Positions 61,001-64,000 of a DNA stretch of 64,000 bases are shown here, piece by piece. The stretch spans positions 32,001-96,000 of the IMG/VR virus record IMGVR_UViG_3300032325_000466; one strand, 5' to 3'. The translations under genes were made by a program, and so were the position numbers. Within the stretch, counting starts at the first letter, position 1, and each line of letters opens with the position of its first letter. Origin of the DNA: a virus. The notes beneath the pieces were generated by a model. It was given only the letters and a program-made list of their open reading frames with translations. It was not told the origin of the DNA and did not search any database.

Positions 61001-64000
61001 GTGATATCAGAGGACAATACCAAAGTATTTTTTACAATAACCCTGATACAACGGGTGAAGTATTTGGGTCTAACAATTATAGAGACTTGGGTAACTTAGT
61101 GCCATGGGGCAATAAAATAATTCAAAACAGTGCATCTTTAGTATTGCCTGGCACTTTCTTAAGAAAGCCTGATCATAATTTAATCTTATCGTTACAATAT
61201 AATAGTCAACAATATATTACCTTTAAGAGTTTACTAATAGATACGGTCAATAATACTGCATACGAAACTTATACTACCCCTGCTAATGCACTAGATGATG
61301 CATTAGATCAAATGACTGCTTCAAAGTTAGAAAGCGGGCCATTCTTTTGGAGTGACATGATACCTTCAAAAGCTGCATACATAACAAATGTATACAGATT
61401 TGCCAACGCATTAGATGTAAGCATTTATCCATTAAGCCAAGTATATAATTTTGAAACTGCTAACTACAATGGTGTTTTGGTTTACTTGACTAGAAATAAT
61501 ATAATTACACAGTTAGTAACAGGAGTTGATTATACTGTTAGTACCACTGCACCAACACTAACTATTGAAACAGATTTATTACCTAACGATTTGATTACTA
61601 TCAAGCAATATAATCAAACATATGGTAGCTATGTACCAAACACTCCTACTAAGTTAGGGTTATATCCTGCGTTTATTCCTAGTGTAATATTAGACGCTAA
61701 TTACGCGCAACCTACATATTTTATTAAAGGACATGATGGTTCATATAATAAGTTATATGGTGAATATATTGACGGAGTACTAACTGATCTTAGAGATCAA
61801 GTCTTACTTGAATTTGAACTTAGAGTTTATAATAACTTAAAATTAAGCAATACTATTCCTATTAGGGATTATGATGTGTTGCCTGGCTTCTTTAGAGATT
61901 CACAATATTCATTCTCAGAAGTATTAAGTATATATGAACAATACTTTTTAAATTGGGTTGGTCAAAATAGAATTGAATATAAACCTCAGGTTTATATTAA
62001 TGGGGACCAATTCACTTATAATTACAATCAATCTGGTAATAAGATCAATCAAGAACAAATCCCAGTTGGTAACTGGCGTGGTGTATACCAATACTTTTAC
62101 GATACAGCTAGTCCAGACACTGCACCATGGGAAATGTTGGGCTTTGCTAATCAACCCACTTGGTGGACTTCTAGATATGGTCCAGCACCATACACTAGTG
62201 ACAACTTAATACTATGGGGCGATCTTGCAGCAGGTATTAATTGGAATAATGGTGATCCAGTTGTTATCCCTCAAGCTGTTAGACCTGAACTATTGCAAGT
62301 ATTACCAGTAGATAGTGCAGGCAATTTAGTATCACCTTTTGTTGCAGTAGTAGGTAATTATGATCAACGCACTTTCAACAATGATTGGCGTGCAGGTGAT
62401 GTTGGTCCTACAGAATTCTCATATCGCAGAAGCAGCAGTTGGCCCTTTGATTTAATGAAAATATTAGCACTAACTAAGCCTGCCAATTTCTTTAATCTAG
62501 GGGTAGACGTTGACAATTACAAATATAGCAAAGAGTTCAACCAATATCTAGTAAACGAAAGAAGCCACTTAGTAATATCTGACATAGAAATTTATGGTAC
62601 GGGCACACCAAAAACCAGTTATATTAACTGGATAGTAGATTATGAAAAGCAAGTGGGCATTGATGCTACTACTAACATCACTACACTACTTGACAATTTA
62701 GATGTAAGACTAGTTTATAGATTGGCCGGATTCAGTGATAAAACTCTGTTAAGATTCTTTGTAGAAAAAGGAACACCCAACAGTACCAACGCATCACTAA
62801 TGATTCCTGATGAAAGCTATGCTGTATTACTTTATGATAACCAACCCTTTGAACAGATTGTATATAGCAGTGTCGTTATACAAAAAACAGTCAATGGTTG
62901 GAAAGTATTTGGTAATTCACAATCTCGTGCGTATTTTACAATTAACCCTCCAAAAATAGATGGTAGATACGATACAATATCAGTTGAAAATTTATCAGTA
63001 CAAGCAGCTAACAACTACCAACTTGATAGAGAAGCTATAATTCCATATGGTACAGAATTTTATAACGCACAAGATGTAAGTCAATTTTTAGCTAGCTATG
63101 GAGCATATCTATCTAGTCAAGGTGTACTATTTGATCAAATTGAATCTGGGCTTCAAGTTAGTTGGAGTCAAATGATAGCCGAATTCTTGTATTGGGCACA
63201 ATCAGGTTGGCAAGTAGGCAGTATCGTTAATATAAACCCTGCTGCTAATCTTATTTCAATCAACCAAGAAAGCGCAATTGTACAGCCATTAACTTTACAG
63301 CGACAAAACTTTGTTCTGAATCAAAATCTATATCCAATTCAATCAATTGATCTATCTGTAGTTAGAGATGGTACACTGTTCACTGCTCAAACACTGAATC
63401 GAGGTGACACTGTAGCATATGGTCAGTTTAATATGAGTGCTATTGAGCATGGTATCGTGTTTGATAATGTAACACTGTTCAATGATGTCATTTACAATCT
63501 AGTTACTGGATTAAGACAAAACCGTATATTTTTACGAGGCACTAAAAGTGCTGAATGGAACGGTACATTGGATGCCCAAGGCTTTATACTCAACCAAGAC
63601 AACATCAACGAATGGAGTAAAGAAACAAAGTACACGACAGGTGAAATCGTCAAGTTTAAAAATAAGTATTGGGTAGCTCTAGCCAAGTTGCAAGCATCAG
63701 AAACTTTCCAAGAACAATTTTGGAAACGCACGGACTACAATGAAATACAAAAAGGTCTGCTACCTAATTCAAGCACTAGGTCTTATGAAAGCACACTGTA
63801 TTATGATACAAACTATGCTAATCTAGAACAAGACGCAGACTTGCTAAGTTTCTCTTTAATTGGTTACAGACCAAGAGATTACTTAGCAGTTGCCGATTTA
63901 ACTGATATTACTCAAATTAATGTTTATAAAAACCTGATAAAAGAAAAGGGTACTAGAACTGCTATCAATACCTTTAAGGGCGCGTCGTTAGCACAAGGTG
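58003..64000 (+). CDS. very large baseplate/virion protein (>1999 aa, truncated by window end)
   Basis: Absent from the ORF track because no stop falls inside the window. ATG at 58003 (MATRIRTLNFLPDIF); the same frame is open at spot checks (60001, 63961). Confidence 0.85.
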   Translation, partial: MATRIRTLNFLPDIFRTPTNSQFLGATLDQIVDQPNTMKIEGYVGSKFGYGVNAKDYYVVEPTKTRTDYQLEPGVVFTKKDTSTAQDFISYPGIVDALKLAGGVTNNNDRLFNSQFYSWDSFTNLDPLINYTQYYWISDTAFPAVTVSTNTVYNSGAYVVTSLPTGYEITSDTDPVGSINPSITLLRGGVYTFQVSQATQFWIQGQPGITGYDPAQPNMQTRDVFGVTNNGANVGLVTFAVPYKDAQDQYIFSGNNLVDVVSDIPYDQINGKLLSEIGNIDGLTSLEGKTVMFYGDVSASTYFYQITYTAGPTPTDPIIILVPTVGIPVNEKITATSGTTYIGRNFYRSPAGLITIIPYLSSLLDTLYYQDGTNPLQVGVINLIESNFTDILDVDTIIGKKTYTSPNGVVFTNGLKVSFSGNITPASYSNNEYYVQGVGTAISLIPVTALAVPESFTKQSASYIPYDTTPYDTKNYDAQLYVPIDQDYITISRDSIDKNPWSRSNRWFHTDVINATAQYNNDPTIVDRYATQANKAKRPIIEFYPNLGLFNSGIVGKAPVDFIDIRTTDAFNQVAGQIIYYPDVAVFTSETAIIAAATSATSTTIQINSSSILPGSGSFAVGQYITDSTNVLPYNTTISAISGTTGVLTITVEWPNPDTIVPTGPASLVANPSPNDNYAIFDGARIVFTNDTNINVRNKIYVARFSIIIPNVQTVITLTEADDGLVLPNEQTVAYKGYYNQGKGWYFDGLNWYEAQQKITVNQPPLFDIFDGDNISLGNPEVYAGTSFKGNKLFAYAIGSGTNDPILGFPLKYVTIGGLVGDISFDVSLNSDTFNYVRGSKSITQKVNTGYVYNYSDIDTYARQLGWQTAVAPSRQYQLFSADYDKTLLTQQSTVDPLYPDTTTTRNVFVVECDIAADLTSIWPYLQVSRNNDILAPTQYTSIVSDTTTTVIIDVDEPLIETVYQIAILSNQVSSTAFYQIPINLNNNPLNEEITTLNVGDIRGQYQSIFYNNPDTTGEVFGSNNYRDLGNLVPWGNKIIQNSASLVLPGTFLRKPDHNLILSLQYNSQQYITFKSLLIDTVNNTAYETYTTPANALDDALDQMTASKLESGPFFWSDMIPSKAAYITNVYRFANALDVSIYPLSQVYNFETANYNGVLVYLTRNNIITQLVTGVDYTVSTTAPTLTIETDLLPNDLITIKQYNQTYGSYVPNTPTKLGLYPAFIPSVILDANYAQPTYFIKGHDGSYNKLYGEYIDGVLTDLRDQVLLEFELRVYNNLKLSNTIPIRDYDVLPGFFRDSQYSFSEVLSIYEQYFLNWVGQNRIEYKPQVYINGDQFTYNYNQSGNKINQEQIPVGNWRGVYQYFYDTASPDTAPWEMLGFANQPTWWTSRYGPAPYTSDNLILWGDLAAGINWNNGDPVVIPQAVRPELLQVLPVDSAGNLVSPFVAVVGNYDQRTFNNDWRAGDVGPTEFSYRRSSSWPFDLMKILALTKPANFFNLGVDVDNYKYSKEFNQYLVNERSHLVISDIEIYGTGTPKTSYINWIVDYEKQVGIDATTNITTLLDNLDVRLVYRLAGFSDKTLLRFFVEKGTPNSTNASLMIPDESYAVLLYDNQPFEQIVYSSVVIQKTVNGWKVFGNSQSRAYFTINPPKIDGRYDTISVENLSVQAANNYQLDREAIIPYGTEFYNAQDVSQFLASYGAYLSSQGVLFDQIESGLQVSWSQMIAEFLYWAQSGWQVGSIVNINPAANLISINQESAIVQPLTLQRQNFVLNQNLYPIQSIDLSVVRDGTLFTAQTLNRGDTVAYGQFNMSAIEHGIVFDNVTLFNDVIYNLVTGLRQNRIFLRGTKSAEWNGTLDAQGFILNQDNINEWSKETKYTTGEIVKFKNKYWVALAKLQASETFQEQFWKRTDYNEIQKGLLPNSSTRSYESTLYYDTNYANLEQDADLLSFSLIGYRPRDYLAVADLTDITQINVYKNLIKEKGTRTAINTFKGASLAQG

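Noticed and set aside
60288-63731. Small ORF-track entries in the last 4 kb
   Set aside because: They lie within or antisense to the long ORF starting at 58003, which the track missed because it has no stop in the window.

Overview
A 64-kb piece of a large, AT-rich T4-like (myovirus, probably jumbo) phage genome in the standard genetic code. 1-4.1 kb: a minus-strand tRNA/ncRNA region with six tRNAs (Arg-TCT, Asn-GTT, Thr-TGT, Arg-TCG, Leu-AAG, Gln-TTG), a ~155-nt tRNA-like RNA, two covarying copies of an unrecognised pseudoknotted RNA, near-consensus sigma70 promoters, and GIY-YIG and HNH nucleases. This region is headed by an unannotated 45-codon leader peptide with an antiterminator/terminator pair, i.e. 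an apparent attenuator controlling phage tRNAs. 4.4-13.7 kb: SleB-type hydrolase, virion protein, PAAR, glutaredoxin, and a nrdA-aldolase-CDGSH-nrdB operon. 13.8-30.3 kb: four paralogous tail-fibre/collagen-like genes and a Gly-rich protein. 31-40 kb: head module (major capsid, scaffold, protease, portal) and tape measure with a glucosaminidase domain. 40-46.5 kb: hub genes, a ~650-bp hairpin-dense non-coding region, Holliday-junction resolvase, gp46/gp47 and a gp55-like late sigma factor. 46.6-64 kb: baseplate operon, whose last ORF runs off the window. Many late genes carry a T4-type (N)(A/C)TAAATA promoter, and several have it 4-5 nt before the ATG, predicting leaderless mRNAs. All protein assignments come from motif recognition by eye; no database search was run.
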